Shown here: piece by piece, positions 62,641 to 64,000 of the stretch
Numbering within the stretch: position 1 is the stretch's first letter
Layout: every line of letters starts with the position of its first letter
Assembly (NCBI RefSeq): GCF_902713615.1
Contig: NC_052151.1
Coordinates: forward strand, 50,010,033 to 50,074,032
DNA from: Scyliorhinus canicula
Lineage: Eukaryota
DNA: 64,000 bases
Direction: 5' to 3'
Made by a program: the position numbers and the translations under genes
The notes under the pieces: generated by a model
Seen by the model: the letters and a program-made list of their open reading frames with translations, nothing else
What the model was told of the DNA's origin: nothing
The model's database searches: none

Positions 62641-62689
62641 AGCCAGTACTGCTAGCGGCAGTGCAAGACAGCTGCCTAAGTATGGCATT

Positions 62690-63400
62690 GACACTAACCC
62701 ATGACGACTATGGCAGGACCTACACAAGAGCACAGGCTACAAAGCAAGGCCAGGTGGAATATCTGGGGCTGGAACATCCCCACCCAAAGATCTGAACAAG
62801 TTCTATGCCCGCTTTGCGCAGTCAGCCAATGTATCAGTGCCACCCGCCCCAACAGCCCTGGACACACCCATACCCACTATCACAGACTCAGAGGTAAGTC
62901 TGTTTCACTTCTTGAAAGTGAATCCGCGGAAAGCGACGGGCCCTGATGGAGTCCCTGGGTGAGCATTCAGAGCCTGCACAGACCAGCTGGCGAGTGTATT
63001 TGCAGATATCTTCAACACCTCACCTCAAGATATCTTCAAGTCCCCACCTCCTTCAAGAAGACCACCATAATACCAGTACCAAAGTAGAACAAGGTAGCCT
63101 GCCTCAATGACTATGGACGGTGACCCTGACGTCTGTTATCATGAAATGCTTTGAGCGGCTAGTCATGGGACGGATCACTGCCAGCCTCCCAGAAGGTCTC
63201 GACCCACTGAAGTTTGCTATCACCGTAACCGGTCCACAGCAGATGCTATCTCCCTGGCTCTACATTAAACACTCGAACACCTCAACAACAAGGACACCTA
63301 TGTAAGACTGCTGTTCATGAACTACAGTGCCACCTTCAACACCATTATCCCGACAAGACTAAAAACCAAACTCTCCAATCTTGTCTTGACCCCTCCCTGT
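62690..63400 (+). mobile_element. Rex1/Babar-clade LINE RT fragment
   Basis: FKKTTIIPVPK, LTSVIMKCFERLV...[25 protein letters not shown]; stops and frameshifts. Confidence 0.85.
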
Positions 63401-64000
63401 GCAGAATTTGCATCAAATACCATGTTTAATTTCGATCATCACACCAAAGAAATATTATATACCTCAATGGAAAGGGCACAGAAATGAACAATAACTGTAT
63501 CCCATAGATAAAGTATAACTACAGTGAATGATTTTAAGAAAATAACTCTTGAGGTGTAGAAAGATGGAGAGCTGGCGGATCTCACTGAAGTAAATAAAAC
63601 GCTCAGTTATGGCTTGGCTTCAATGGCAATGAGGTTATCAATGCTCACTGCTGTTATGAAGTAAATTGGACAGCAACTTCTGACGTGAGTACCTGCAGAG
63701 TTAAATGTGGGAAACATAAAGTTGCCGTCTGCGTTCACTTGCTCCTCCACAAGCATCAAAAGTACCCCACCGAGAGACTCAACATTCAAACAGATGTATG
63801 TCCTGGTGCTGTGGCACTTCCCAGCAAACTTGCCAGAAAAGGTTAAGCCCTGTCAAAACAAGTGTAAGCGAATTTTTAACACTGCAGTAAGTCTTATATG
63901 CTATCAAAATACCTCGTTGGCATTGAAAATTTACTTTTGCAATGGTGGAGTCACCTCCCTTCAGATTTTAAGTGTGGCCTCAGAATTTTTTAAATTAAAA

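Overview
This is a repeat-dense vertebrate window with no host protein-coding exon that I can support. The repeats (HE1/V-SINEs, HER1-type CR1 LINEs, Deu-type SINE remnants) point to a cartilaginous fish; a catshark-like elasmobranch is my inference. Much of it is mobile DNA, separated by AT-rich unique stretches that look like enhancer or conserved-noncoding DNA. Main structures: (1) A Penelope-like retroelement (PLE) system: a GIY-YIG endonuclease remnant followed by a minimal type I hammerhead ribozyme, and two ~200-bp fold-back insertions with 12-13 bp target-site duplications (TSDs) that fold back at the ribozyme core. A second PLE family shows the same design. (2) A PIF/Harbinger system: many CpG-rich elements with GGGCGGGATTCTCC-type terminal inverted repeats (TIRs) and variable 3-bp TSDs, plus one internally deleted copy retaining a spliced Myb/SANT gene. 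(3) A 3.5-kb CR1 that is 5'-complete but 3'-truncated, yet flanked by a 15-bp TSD. (4) One V-SINE body carrying three different 3' tails. (5) A multi-step templated insertion copied from nearby DNA. Family names come from motif recognition only; no search was run, and boundaries of old repeats are approximate.
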